From the NCBI GenBank assembly GCA_965153285.1, contig OZ229110.1: a stretch of 64,000 bases of DNA; one strand, 5' to 3'. Both the position numbers and the translations under genes were made by a program. Below are positions 50,409 to 62,589 of this stretch, piece by piece. The first letter of the stretch is position 1. Every line of letters starts with the position of its first letter. The notes beneath the pieces are model-generated. The model made no database searches and was not told the origin of the DNA. It was given only the letters and a program-made list of their open reading frames with translations. Source of the stretch: Podarcis tiliguerta (Eukaryota).

Positions 50409-50759
50409 AGGGACGCGGGTGGCGCTGTGGGTTAGACCATAGAGCCTAGGACTTGCCGATCAGAAGGTCGGCGGTTCAAATCCCCACGACAGGGTGAGCT
50501 CCAGTTGCTCGGTCCCTGTTCCTGCCAACCTAGCAGTTCGAAAGCATGTCAAAGTACAAGTAGATAAAAAGGTACCGCTCTGGCGGGAAGGTAAACAGCG
50601 TTTCCATGTGCTGCTCTGGTTTGCCAGAAGCAGCTTGGTCATGCTGGCCACATGACCCAGCAGCTGTACACTGGCTCCCTCGGCCAATAAAGCGAGATGA
50701 GCGCCGCAACCTGAGTCAGCCACGACTGGACCTAATGTTCAGGGGGTCCCTTTACCTTT
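50409..50759 (+). mobile_element. Full-length Sauria SINE (different subfamily) in a KDM2A intron
   Basis: GGGACGCGGGTGGCGCTGTGG head, B box, core, ACCTTT tail; 11-bp TSD AGTACTTATGT (50398-50408, 50760-50770). Confidence 0.93.
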
Positions 50760-52569
50760 AGTACTTATGTCTTTTGAAACCAAGGAGAGAAAACGCCCCT
50801 CTAGTCTATGATGGGTAGGTAACCCCAATTCTTTTCTCTTGGACTTAGTCAACTTCCCTCAGCCCTTCAACAGGTGTATCTGGTACAATATTGTGTTTCC
50901 TTTGAGACACTTAAATTTATTCTTTCCACGGGGATAATAGAAATATGGTTCTTGAAGATCACTGAAAAATAGCTAAAGTAACTGACTATGAAGGCTACTG
51001 CTAGATACACCTTCAAGACTATTCTTTTCCATCTATGAAGCTTTATAGAACCAAAGCACACTTTAACTTCTAGAAAACTACACATTATATATCTAACAAA
51101 GAAAATCGGAATTAAGGTAGTAGGATGGATATATGTTCACCTTCCTAACATCATCATCCTAGATCTTCTCTGTGTAAACATATTCAAGGTAGAGGGTATC
51201 CCACAAAATCTTATTTGGGAAATGAAAAACTTGTAAGACACTTTAAAGCTAATTCATTATTCACAGTTGTGAAGGAAAATTGGGTGGAAAAGAAAACTTG
51301 TGTTGATAATAAAAAACTTACAATATTTTCTAATTGAGCCAAGACAAAAATTATTGCATTCCTTTGTGACCGAGAATTTATATTAAGGGATTCTACATCA
51401 TCACCTTTAAAAAAAATGTGTGCTTTTGAGAAGTTGTTGATGAATGAATAAAGTAATGTCTTTCTGATATGTATGTTTCTCTGACTCTCACACTGCTGGT
51501 TGGAATACACATGGGGTAAGACTGTCTTGCTGCAGGGGTAAGCAATGCCCATGTATTCTCCTTGGAGTCCTAAGCTTCTAATTCTGAAACACCTGAGATG
51601 CTATCCTATTTATTACACTTATACTTCACTCTTCCTCCCAAATGATCCCAGGTGGCAACATTACTTCATACTTTGAAATCTGAGGGGCTCAACTACTGAG
51701 TTAAATATCTACTCCTCATAGTAGTAGGGCTCTTGCTGACCCTCGAGGGCTGGAATATTCCTCGTAAGTTATATCCAGATATGACATTTGCATATTAACA
51801 TTGGCAAAAAAAATATAATCTGGCTCGTAAAAGGCTTCCTGAATTAGGAGGTTGCCATCTAAGTTTTTCTGTATCAGATTTAGGATGCCTCTGGTCTATC
51901 AGCAGAATATCCTTAAAGCTTTCAGCTTTGATTCTGTGTTCATTGCAGGTAACATGTCTTTTCTAATACAATTAATTGGCTGAGGCGGGATACTACGCTG
52001 GTAACTCTTAAGGCTAAGAGTTACATTTGTGTATATTGGCTGACTGAGACTAGCTATATCTTATCAGCTCTACCTCTCCACTGCAGAATTTTTTGAATTG
52101 GGCATGCTTCATTTTTCTGACTTTTAGCCCTTGAATCATTCTTCATCTTAGAAAGTTTTTGGGGGGTGGGGAAGCAAGGAATCTGAGGTTTTCTGCTCAT
52201 GCTTGAAGACAGGTTCTCCTTAAAGATAGCAGCATTTAGGGAAACTGAAGCTGGGAGTATCTCTCCCTTTTTCAGAGATGGGCTTCTTAAGACATGGAGG
52301 GAGAAAGTATAATTCTCCCCAATTGTAAAATATGGTCATGTCCATCTGATGATTTTACATCTAATCTAGGTCCAATGGTTATATAGAATAAGTATAGAAC
52401 TAGCAACTCGGGTGCATAGAGTTGCTTAAGCAAGTTCTTAGGATTTAATAGCCTCAGGACATCATTTTGATTCCTATTGGTTACACACAGCTTTACCAGA
52501 AAGGAGCAACACATGGAGTTTGGTCAGACGATACCCAAATGATGAAAGACTACTAGGATAATTATCTAA

Positions 52570-52885
52570 GAATGGCTGCACTAGATCAGATCAAGATCCC
52601 TCTACCCCATTTTGTTTTCAGCAGTGACTAGGCATGGGAACTCAAAAGCAAGATAAGAATGAGAAATCAAAAGCTTCTTTGTCTACAACATTTTCCGGGT
52701 ACTTAGACATTATACTGGTGCTGAAGGTGGAGATTCAATTTTTAGTAACTGTTACAATCCACCAACAGCCTTGTGTAATCCTCTTTAAAAGCCACCTGAG
52801 CTTGCAACTAACACTACATCCTGTGACATGAATTCCACAAGTTTATGCACTGTATTATTAAATACAGTTGCTTTCTGCCTTCTGC
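52570..52885 (-). mobile_element. Old CR1-like fragment
   Basis: TAATCCTCTTTAAAAGCC...CACTACATCCTGTGACATGAATTCCACAAGTTT resembles the reverse complement of the CR1 ORF2 end. Confidence 0.5.
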
Positions 52886-53038
52886 CCAAATTGCCCCTTT
52901 TACATTTGCATATTACATATAAATTTGCAAGATGTAGTCCAGCACACAGAATTGGATCCAAGAGGCTTAGGGGTTTAATAAAAACATTCTGAAAAAGAGA
53001 GAACTACTATTAAAATAGGCAGTTCTGCAGTCACTTAC

Positions 53039-53751
53039 CATTTGTACCAGGTTTTGCATACACGCATACATTCACAAAGCTCCTTGCGAGTGAGATAACG
53101 GAAGACAGACATCCACACCTCTTTTTGCATCCAGATTTCCTCACTATCTGGAGCCCTGCCTCCTTGGCCATTCAGTCTGGCTGCCCCACTCTCCTCTGCA
53201 CTTTCCTCTTCCTCCTCTGCACTTTCCTCCTCCTCTTCATCCTCAGCTGCTTCTTCATCTCCACCCCGCTGGGGTGCTCTGGCTGAACTTTGGCGCATGA
53301 CCACACGAGGAGAGTGCCGCAGATTAGTGGAGGAGGCAGTGATTGCCTGCAGCTTGGGCACAATGGAAGTGCCATGCATGTCTTTGGTAGGTCTTTGTAA
53401 TGTGACTGTAAGATAGGAACCATGGAGCTTGGCCTTTTCTACTTCTGACAGCTCTTTCTTGCCACTAGGGTTGTTCTCTTTTTCCCGCACCACTGTGCGC
53501 TCTGTGCCTTGCAGCCGAAGTAGCTGGCGTCTCTTAAAGCGTTCATCCCGGCTGGGCCCGTGATGGTCACTAGGACCGGCCCCCGGAGAGGACCGTGTCA
53601 CTATGCTTCGTGGTGACACAGGGTCATGTATTAGCTGCAGCATTGGGGTAGGCGAATGTGGTGGTGGAGTCAAAGGTTCCTCACAGCTTCGCAAAGGACG
53701 CAGAACTTTGGCTTGGACTGTGTCATCATCGCCATCATCCATTTTCCGCTT
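53039..53751 (-). CDS. KDM2A: KDM2A exon 17-equivalent (linker, acidic tract and F-box; KRKMDD...LTPPPHSP...[26 protein letters not shown])
   Basis: Within ORF 53035..53841; CAG acceptor, GTAAG donor; 713 nt. Confidence 0.97.
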
Positions 53752-55665
53752 CTGCAAAGCGAGTGGCAACAAGTTACCATTGTAAAGACCAAAACAGGAG
53801 GGAGTTAAATTTTGAAATTTATATGGTAGAATGCATTCCATTTAAAAGTAAAATGCATCAGGGTGGGTGATGCTCATTATTATAAGCTCTTTTACTTTCA
53901 CACTGGTGTCAGTGAAGGAAGTGAAATTTACACTCTTCGCTGTCATTCCATTTTTCCAATAGCCAACTCTATTAAAGTGTAGGACACCAGCATTTAAAAC
54001 TGTGCTTGCTCTCCATTTGCTTCTGGACACAATGTGAAGTGCTTGTTTTGGCCTATAAAGCTCTAAGCAGCTTGGGTCGCTTTAAGTATACTTCACACAG
54101 AAGCCAGCTTCCCCAGACCCACTACTGAGATAAACATGGACAGCCCTGCTCTCAATCTCATCTCCAAAAAATGATACGAAAAGAACAGTGTATCCAGCTT
54201 TATTGGCATTTAGAAGGCAAGCTTAAAAACAAAACCAACCAAACAAAAAATGAACGTGCTTCTGTATCTTTAGGGCTGATAAAAGTATTTATGGGGTTGA
54301 TTTAAAGGAAAGCAAGACAAAGCTTTAAAATAAATTTAGCATGTCTTCATTTTCTTAGTTAATAAACACTATTACAGTCCTAACGTAAATAACCTCTTCT
54401 AAAATAGTGATGGCTTTACTAATTTTCCTACTTCAGAGATTTTAGGTTAGAAACATTGGATTGGAGAGTAATTCAGCTAAGTTTCACCCTGAACAGATCT
54501 ATTGAAATTAACAAACCTAACTTTGAAATTAATGAACTTGACTAAGTTAGGTCCATTAATTTCACCAAGTCTATTCTGAGTAAAACTGAGTTGAATGCCA
54601 CCCATTAATTCCCCTTTGTCTAGTCAATACAGTGTCCTGCTGGTGTTTGACTACAGTTCCCGGCATCCTTGACCACTGGCCACGCTGACTGGGGTTGATG
54701 GATGTTCAAAAACATATGGATCATATGCCTGATCTAGTTGGTATGTTAAAAGATCAGATAAAAGAACTGTCAATTTTCACCACTCCTGTAGACAAATGAA
54801 CTTGCAGAACCCGAGGAAGAACACAAACTGGGCTAACCTACATGCCACTTTTCTCTTAAGAAAACTCTTTAGGATGATACCATTGTTGTACTTTAGTTTA
54901 TGGATTAGCTACAGCAAAGGGACAGGAAACAAAGTTTACAGTGATACAGATCAAAGACAATGTTACTCTACCACTGCAGAAGATGTCTGAAAGAAATGTT
55001 TAATGCATTATTAAAATTGCAGCTCTTTCCAAGTTGTATCCCTTTGTAAACCTCAGGCTTATCCTCTTCCCTTTGAAGCAAATTTTACATAAAATGCAGC
55101 AGCTGCACACAATCTATTGACATCAGGGTCTACATATGTAATGCAAACACATTCTTGTCACTACATATGAACACAGATTTTTCTGGCATTTATAGTTATG
55201 CTGAATTCCTAAAATAATTGTTGAAAGCCAATGGGAGCCTGCACTGACATGAACGGAAATGATCATCATCCCCAGGGAGTCTCAAGTCCTTGGAGGAAGT
55301 ATTCTCTGTGTATGGCACCTACTGTCTCAAAGCAAAGTTTTCTGAAAGCAATATATCAGGGTAGCCATATTACTGTACAATTCTACAGATGAGGACTCAA
55401 AAGTAAACTCCAATGAGTTCAATGGGGTTCACTCCCAGGCAAATAAAAATAGGACACCAGTCCTAATCATGACGGAGTTCCTCCCCACACTGGTCTCCTA
55501 AAACCAAAATGACAGAAGAACTACTTTGTTTTCTGTATCAGTAAAAAAAAGTGAACAGTGTGGTGTTTTTGAAGAGACAGATTATTGCAACAAGGTTACA
55601 TGAGACGAGATAGTGGTGATGCTGTGGTTAGGAAGTTAAAGGCTGTCTTTGGCCCTTTGTTAGTA

Positions 55666-56146
55666 CCGTGTTTTTCCATGTACCATATTGGCCTGAATAT
55701 AAGCTGCCCTTTTGTTTCCAAATTCCGACCGTGAAAACTTAAAGTGCGGCATGACCTTACAAAAATTGGCTTTTACGATATCGCTATTGAAACAGACATA
55801 TGGTAAAATGGAACGGGTGTGAGTGCCTCTGGAATTTTAAGGGAGTGGCTTATATTCGGATATTCTCTCCCCCCCCCCCTGAATTTTAAAGGTGCAGCTT
55901 ATATTAGGGTGTGTCTTATATTCAGGCCAATACAGTATAAGATGCCACCATGCATAAAACAACCCCTATTTTCTTGAACACAAAATTAAGAAATTGGGCC
56001 TAAGCCCAGGCCACTTGCACCAGAGCCCGATCCCAGGCCACCCCACCGGAGCCAGAGCGCATTCATCATCCGTGTATAAGACGACCCCCAGTTTTTGACT
56101 CAAAACAATTAGCCAAAAAGATGGACTTATATATGGAAAAATACAG
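55666..56146. mobile_element. Tc1/pogo-type MITE with a second related MITE (55683-55935) inserted at a TA in its left terminus
   Basis: Outer CCGTGTTTTTCCATG-TA...ATGGAAAAATACAG-TA; inner CCATATTGGCCTGAATATAAG...CTTATATTCAGGCCAATACAG flanked by TA. Confidence 0.8.
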
Positions 56147-57198
56147 TAAATTGAATCCATCTTACTTTATTTTCCTTGCTTCCCACCAGTAAAAACACAC
56201 ACAACCATTTTCAATAATGGGGCTAGCAAAGTAGAGAGGTGATCAGAGTATATTTTTGGATGATTTAATTAGGGTCCATTAAAAAGAATGGTGTGTGGGG
56301 AGAGTCTCCTTTCTCTTCCTTACCTAACTGGGCTATAAACCTATAGCCATTTATCTGGGAGTAAGTCCCATTGAACTTAATGGGACCTCTCAGTAGAAAC
56401 CATGCCCGGCTAGTAGTCAAACAAAAAGTTTAGCCTAGAAAATAATTAGGTAGCAATATACTGCATGAAAGCTTGCAATTTTACAATTACTTAAAGTACG
56501 TATACAGGTAGCAGGTTGTCAGCTTATGGGTAGGCAAAAGGTCCCAACCTACATACAGTGAGTGTACTGGGCCCGGAAAATCCTACTAGCATTCCAGAGC
56601 ACCTGCAAGTGAAATTACTGGAAGTACTGTCTCTCTTCCCAGATTACTTCCTTGAAGGCCACGCCGGGCCCATACCATTTGAATCCATTCATTTGGCTAT
56701 AGTATGAACTCTGTTCCAAACTGCCCTCACGTTAGCTACATTAAGGTTGAAGAAATTGGACTTTGTCACTTAGTGAAAGCTGATGGGTTATGTAGATCTA
56801 ATAAAATGTCACCAAGCTGCAGAATACAAGTGAGAACACTAGATGCACACATACACCCAACTTTGAAGATAAGTAGCTGATGTGAGGAACGAGTCAATTG
56901 TTATACTAGACTTGAACCATGCAGTGTTTATTTGTATCAGCATCTTAATTTCCCTGCTCAAGAATGTGCTGTTAGATTCAATTTTCAAACAGATGTTAAG
57001 GGAAGGGTTCAGCCAATTTCTTCACTCTGCTAAGCTATGGCTTATTTAAAAGCAGATCTCCATCACAAAACATGTAGGAGAAACAGGCCGCTGACTGCCA
57101 TGGTTCAAGTTCCCCAAGACTGGAATGAAGTGCTGCAGGGCACTATTCTAACAGAATGCCAGATCGTAATAACTCCTGTGATGGTAATAAGAGATTAC

Positions 57199-57423
57199 CA
57201 GTCCCTTGCCCCCATCCCTGCTTGCCTTCACTGGGATGCTCTTTGCTGGGGCAGCAGGCACAACTCTATGCAGGATCTTGCAATTGTATTTCTCCCAGGG
57301 CAGTCTTGTCAGTTTCTGCCATTGATAACATGTCCACTGCTTGGTTGATGGAAGTTGATTTTGCTGCCCTTCCAGGAACTGTTTCTCCAGCAAGATGTTA
57401 CAGTTCATGTGCTGATGAGCTCT
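57199..57423 (-). CDS. KDM2A: Candidate alternative in-frame KDM2A cassette exon (75 aa, or 66 aa with a GC donor)
   Basis: Acceptor cttcttggcatctacAG; stop-free phase-0 frame; donor CTG|GTAATC; no transcript evidence available. Confidence 0.45.
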
Positions 57424-57747
57424 CTGTAGATGCCAAGAAGGTGGCGGTGGAAAAGCTGTAAAGTGGCTCCATCATGTAGTTAACATTGTATGGTGTCACC
57501 AGTGCTCATTTCCAGGTGGAACTCTTTTACTCAACAGAAGAAGCTCTCCTAGTGCTCACCTCACACTCGTGTGGTTCCTACTAAGCCTTCCCAAAGTGCA
57601 CGAGGATAAACACCCAGGATACCCAAAGAACCTTCTCTCCCCAATGCCTTAGGTACAGGCTAGGTGCAAACAGTGTGCCTCTTCATTACCCAAGAGTAGC
57701 ATGCAACACAGAAGGCATGTGCCAATGTTTGAAAATCCATTTCTTAC

Positions 57748-57837
57748 CTGGCCTTTCTCCGACTCATCTCCCTTGTAGCACTTCGGACACTCCCAGCAGT
57801 TGGGCAATTCATCATTCAGTAGCCCTTCCCCATCCAT
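57748..57837 (-). CDS. KDM2A: KDM2A exon 16-equivalent (PHD C-terminal half; MDGEGLLNDELPNCWECPKCYKGDESEKGQ)
   Basis: Translation; AG/GTAAG boundaries; 90 nt. Confidence 0.97.
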
Positions 57838-57927
57838 CTGCAGAGGAAAAATACACAAAGGTGATTTCCAGCAATGCATCTGTTCCTGACACTCCTGTAT
57901 TGAGATGAGTCAAGTAAACTTTCTTAC

Positions 57928-58059
57928 CTGTAGACAACCTGGGTGAACAATCTCATTGCAGATGCAGCACTCCATTAGCTTCTTCTCAAAGTCCTGCGAA
58001 TCCTCATTCTTATCTACCTCCCCACAAAGTGAACATGTAACAGAGTGAGGCAGTCTGGG
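57928..58059 (-). CDS. KDM2A: KDM2A exon 15-equivalent (PHD; PRLPHSVTCSLCGEVDKNEDSQDFEKKLMECCICNEIVHPGCLQ)
   Basis: Translation; AG/GTAAG boundaries; 132 nt. Confidence 0.97.
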
Positions 58060-58341
58060 CTACAAAGCAAACGAAGAGTGAAACAGGAAGTTATACCACA
58101 GGCTTGCTTCTAAGCTTCAGGGGATGGTTATCCCACTTCCCCAACCCCATTTGCCTCTATAGAATGCACTGAACGACATTGACTACTTTCCAGTGCCAAC
58201 CACATTTGTTCCCAAGGCTTTTCAATCAACCTCATTAGTTGCTCTTTTGCCTTTCGAGACGTACGACAGGTTTCATCCCCTACTGTTAGAACCTTCCACA
58301 GAGATAAGCAATTTCCCCACCCAATATCCCACAGGACTCAC

Positions 58342-58608
58342 CGCCAAGCACTGCCGTAGTACACAGGACTGCTTCATACGACCAGGCCCCCCAAACTTCT
58401 TCATATCCCTGCAGTAGTGGCACATGCCACATTCACCTTGCAAGCAGGCCTTGCATTTACGACATCGCACCCGCCTTCTGCGGGCACCAGACACTATAGG
58501 AGAGACTGTAGGTCTCACAGTTGCTGGCCGTGGCGCGGGTTTCATGGTGTGTGGCTTGGTGATAGGGATGGTAGGTAATCTTAACTTTGGCCGAGCCTGA
58601 AGCTTGAG
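58342..58608 (-). CDS. KDM2A: KDM2A exon 14-equivalent (CXXC zinc finger; ...MKPAPR...[47 protein letters not shown])
   Basis: Translation with KFGG CXXC signature; AG/GTGAG boundaries; 267 nt; contains the probable short-form start ATG at 58545. Confidence 0.97.
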
Positions 58609-59101
58609 CTGTCATTGGTGGGGGGAAAAGACAGCAAGAAATTAGGAGGCTCATATAATCAACCAAGGAAACAATAATCTGTCAGAAGAGATCCAGATGA
58701 CAGATGCATGAAGTTTAAAGTCAGGAATTTGGAACGGAAGAGATTGTGTATGGAAAGAATTAGGACTTTGATCTCAGAGGCACAATGTCTAAATAATGAA
58801 CTTGTGTTTTATCATTAACCAATTCTGGATTTGGGCAATCACATCTCCTAGAAAGTGAAGCCATGATCATGATCCCCCTGGTTTCTTTATCCTCATATTT
58901 ATACTGCACTTCATTTTAATACCTGTGATTTGTGCCCAGACCTACTCTGCTACTGCCCTTATACCTTATACTGGTGTAAGGTTCTTTGGTTTAAATTATG
59001 AGGCTATTCTTGTCAACTGACAACACTTTCCAGCACAGAACTCCTCTTCCCTCCACCAAGTCTCCAAGATATTTGAGTTAAGTCATGGATCCATTATTTA
59101 C

Positions 59102-59185
59102 CTTATCCCTCTTTGGCCACTGGACAATAGGAATTCCAGTAAGTGCCAGTTTGGGATCGCTGTTTGCGTACTCCTCCAGCAGCAG
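59102..59185 (-). CDS. KDM2A: KDM2A exon 13-equivalent (LLLEEYANSDPKLALTGIPIVQWPKRDK); upstream JmjC exons lie beyond the right edge
   Basis: Translation; TAG acceptor, GTAAA donor; 84 nt. Confidence 0.95.
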
Positions 59186-60839
59186 CTATAGCAGGGTTAA
59201 GAAAATAAAAATCAGTTTTTATACTTATATGGTATTTCAGAATAATTCAGTACATTCTCTTAGTAATCCTAACAGCAATTCTGGAAGGCAGATCAGTGTT
59301 CTTGTCCCCATGTTACTGATGAGGGTCAAGAGATATGGTTTGCCTAAGGATACCTAACAGAGATTAGATTTGACCAGAGACCCCTTGCCTCATGACTCAC
59401 ACGTTTAAAGTCATTGCGTTAGGGAAAATAAAATGATGAAACATGATCAGAAATGAAGGTCTGGTCTCTTCCACAATGTAGCAAAGCCCTCCACCCAACA
59501 AGTATGTCCATGTTTATCCCAGAAGTTACACTTCTCAAAACAGCACAGAAACACAGTATTCTCAGCCATACTGTTTTCTATCTCACACATGGGCTAGATA
59601 ATTTCTATGCCACCAACCAATGACCAGGTTCTAGCAAATGTGGTTGCCATCCTGAGACAGCATCTCCTCCCGCCTGGCTCTTTTAGCCTTGTTCCTGATT
59701 CTGTCGTCCACCTTACCCACCCACTCTTGACTGCCATTTCAGATGTGCTTTATTTACTTGAGGTTACTATGGTTACGTTGCTGGCATCCCCGTGTGCAGG
59801 GAGTGCAGTGTCTCTAGCTGCCAAGAGGCAAAGAACACTGCATGGGCTGGGCTCACTCTCCCTGGCACTTACCAGAGAAAGGGGATTCATATTCCCATCT
59901 GAAGCTGCCTATACAGGGAAGTTGCTTTCCAGTAGGACAGATTAATTTGAAGTCACCAAGATAGGTGTCCAATTCACAACGACAATTTAAAATGAAGTTT
60001 CCAACTGTCCAATTAAGGGTTCCTAAATAAGCAATGTTAATTGGTTGCTACAAACAATTAAAACATCTGTGTACAACTAAATAGAGCAAGTCTTCTTATT
60101 ACCCAGGGAACACAGTCCAAAATACCTGGTCATGCAGCATACATGCTTTTTCTGCTGCAAACTGTATCTGCTTAAAGAAATGCATTATGATAAAGAATGT
60201 TTGGCTCTCTACCAACATGTAAGAACACCAAGCAAAATCATTTAAGATTAAATGTCTAGAGCTTTCCATAATCAAGGGCTAGTAATTAATCAGCCAGAAT
60301 GTTTATTAATGCCTGACTTTTTTCACATTTTTTAACTGGATCATTCTTTTACATAGAACAGCACCTCAATTTAAGTAAAGGGTGGGGGGGGAGAAAGCAA
60401 CTCAATGTGTTTGACTCAGGATAGATGCTAATATAATATTTAGCTACCTACTGAAAAGCAAGTCCACAAAATGCAATGGGGTCTACTCTCAAGTAAATGG
60501 GTGTGGGATTGCAGTTTAAATGTTTGTTAAGTAATTGGATTTTCCAAAAAATAAAAAACTTAAATCCGGTTTAATTTAAAAAGAAGCACCACCAGTTTTT
60601 ATCCACTCCGCTTTACAGCTGCTTCTCCACCCTTCAAGAGAAGGTTGTGGGTGGAAGGAAGTGGCTGTTCGGCTAGCCCAGCAGAATGTGCAGTCCCCAA
60701 GCCCCACCCTCTCCCTTACAGCGTCTACTTATGAGGAAAGGTCGGCATTTGAGGGCATGAAGACACATGCTTCACGGGGCAGAAGGGGAAACGCACTATA
60801 TGCATCAGCCTGGGGCACTTTAGGGGTGGCTGCACAGAC

Positions 60840-61900
60840 GTGCAAACTCCGGGGGTGGGAACACCCAGCTTCACCGACTCACGCGGATATTAGGAAAGAG
60901 TAGCCCCCACCCCGCCCCAAGAGCAAGAAGAAGTCTATCACTGATCCGAAGTAGAAAACGTGCCGTTCCCAAACACCCAAAGAATGCAAACCAACTTGGG
61001 AAGGGAAGACGCGGGCTCCGACCCTGTAACAACCGATAAAAGGGAGTCTCTGCATTCCAAGCTTGTGAACTCCTCCCATGGAAAGTACCCTTCAAACAAA
61101 TGCAGAGAGGAACCGTGGGAGGGGAGTCCCGGGTGATCCTATCCTGCATGGATGTGGGAAGCAGCTCTCCCCCTCCCCCACCGGCCGGCGGAACCCTGCT
61201 GAAACCCCCCAGGTTCGTGTCTGCCTGACCTTGCGTGCTTCGTTCCACGGAAGGTGCCGAGAGTCTCGGAGGAAGTTTCCGAGTCCCTTTGTTTTCTATT
61301 CTGCCAAGTTGCAGGGCTTCGGTTTCGATCCTCCCCCCACTATGTAATTTTAACTCCAGCACAATCCTCCTCCTTTACGCGAGCGGCTCAGGAAGCGCGA
61401 TCCCAACTCCGCCAGCACCAGCGGCTGCCCGGCGCCAGCAGCATGTTCCTTCCAGAACCCTTCAGCGGAAGCTTCCTGCGCCCGCAAACAATGCTGCTGC
61501 GTCACCCACATGCAGTTCCCAGCAATGCTTTGCAACGGAAGATGGCAGAAGAGAAAGGAGACCGAGAAAACCAAGCCAGGAACAGGACGGCAAAGCCGTT
61601 CTGCTGCAGAGTTGGGAGGGGGCCGGGCCAAGCCGCTGGCTGCTTGCTGATTGGTCGAGGCGGCAGCCGAGGCAGCCTCTCTCCCCCTCCCCCACCACTA
61701 CTGCAATTGGAGAATCCGGGGCCAGCACCCGAGGGCTGGCTGGGGCAGACTTTATAGAGAACAGCACAGAAAGCTTTTCACCCGCTCGGTGCGCTGCAGC
61801 TACGTCCCCGTTTTCCAGTATCCCCCACCTCGCTATGCCCACAGAAGCAACTGCCGCTTAACGACGACGCCCTCTCAACACCCACAATGACGTTTTAACT
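60840..61900 (-). promoter_or_regulatory. KDM2A: Intronic CpG island; probable alternative promoter and non-coding first exon of short-form KDM2A
   Basis: CpG-rich block upstream of the exon-13 equivalent; minus-strand GACCAATCAG (NF-Y, ~61647-61656); GCCATCTT (YY1, ~61539-61546); candidate donor CGC|GTGAGT at 60883/60882; same position as the mammalian short-form promoter. Confidence 0.72.
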
Positions 61901-62589
61901 CCGAAGAAGGCACATGCCCAAGGTGTCCATGCCGTTCCTCATCAGAGAGGTGGAAATAGATACTTTGTTGCAACATATTAACCCCCTAGCTATTCAATCT
62001 ATTTGAAATCTTAAGACCGCCTCCTCCAACCTAGACACCGCAACGTTCTATTTAAGCAAGACGTCTGAATTACCCTCTTCAATGCTGCAAGATCTCTCTC
62101 TAACACACACACACCCAACATTTTTGTAGGTTTCAGAATTCAACGTGTTAGCAAACTTGAGACGGCAACTAGCAACGATAAGAAGGTGCTAGACCAGTCA
62201 AACAGGTATTACTAGGTGAACTGGCATAACTGACTAGTTGAGTACTATCTGGTTATAACCTCCACCTACACATTAAAAGCTGAAATAAAAGTAGTTAAGC
62301 TAGATGTCAAGTATTTGTAAAGCTTCTACCACAAATAGTAGAATGCTGGAGCAAATATGCACTAGGTTACAAGCTCTCTGGGTCTTAAAAGTGCCAGTCT
62401 CAGACATTAAAAGTGCTCACATTCACAGCTGCAATCTTCTGTGTATCACAGCTGCCAAATGGTACATCACCTTGCACCATGACAATATGAAATATACATA
62501 TATTCTTTGATATGCCTTTCCCTTCCATTTTATCCTTAAGGCCAGTTTGGAGCAGATTTCAGAGCCTACATAAATGAAATGTATGATAG

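Noticed and set aside
60871-61890. ORFs of 126-208 aa in the KDM2A intronic CpG island
   Set aside because: Stop-codon depletion in GC-rich DNA; no recognisable protein
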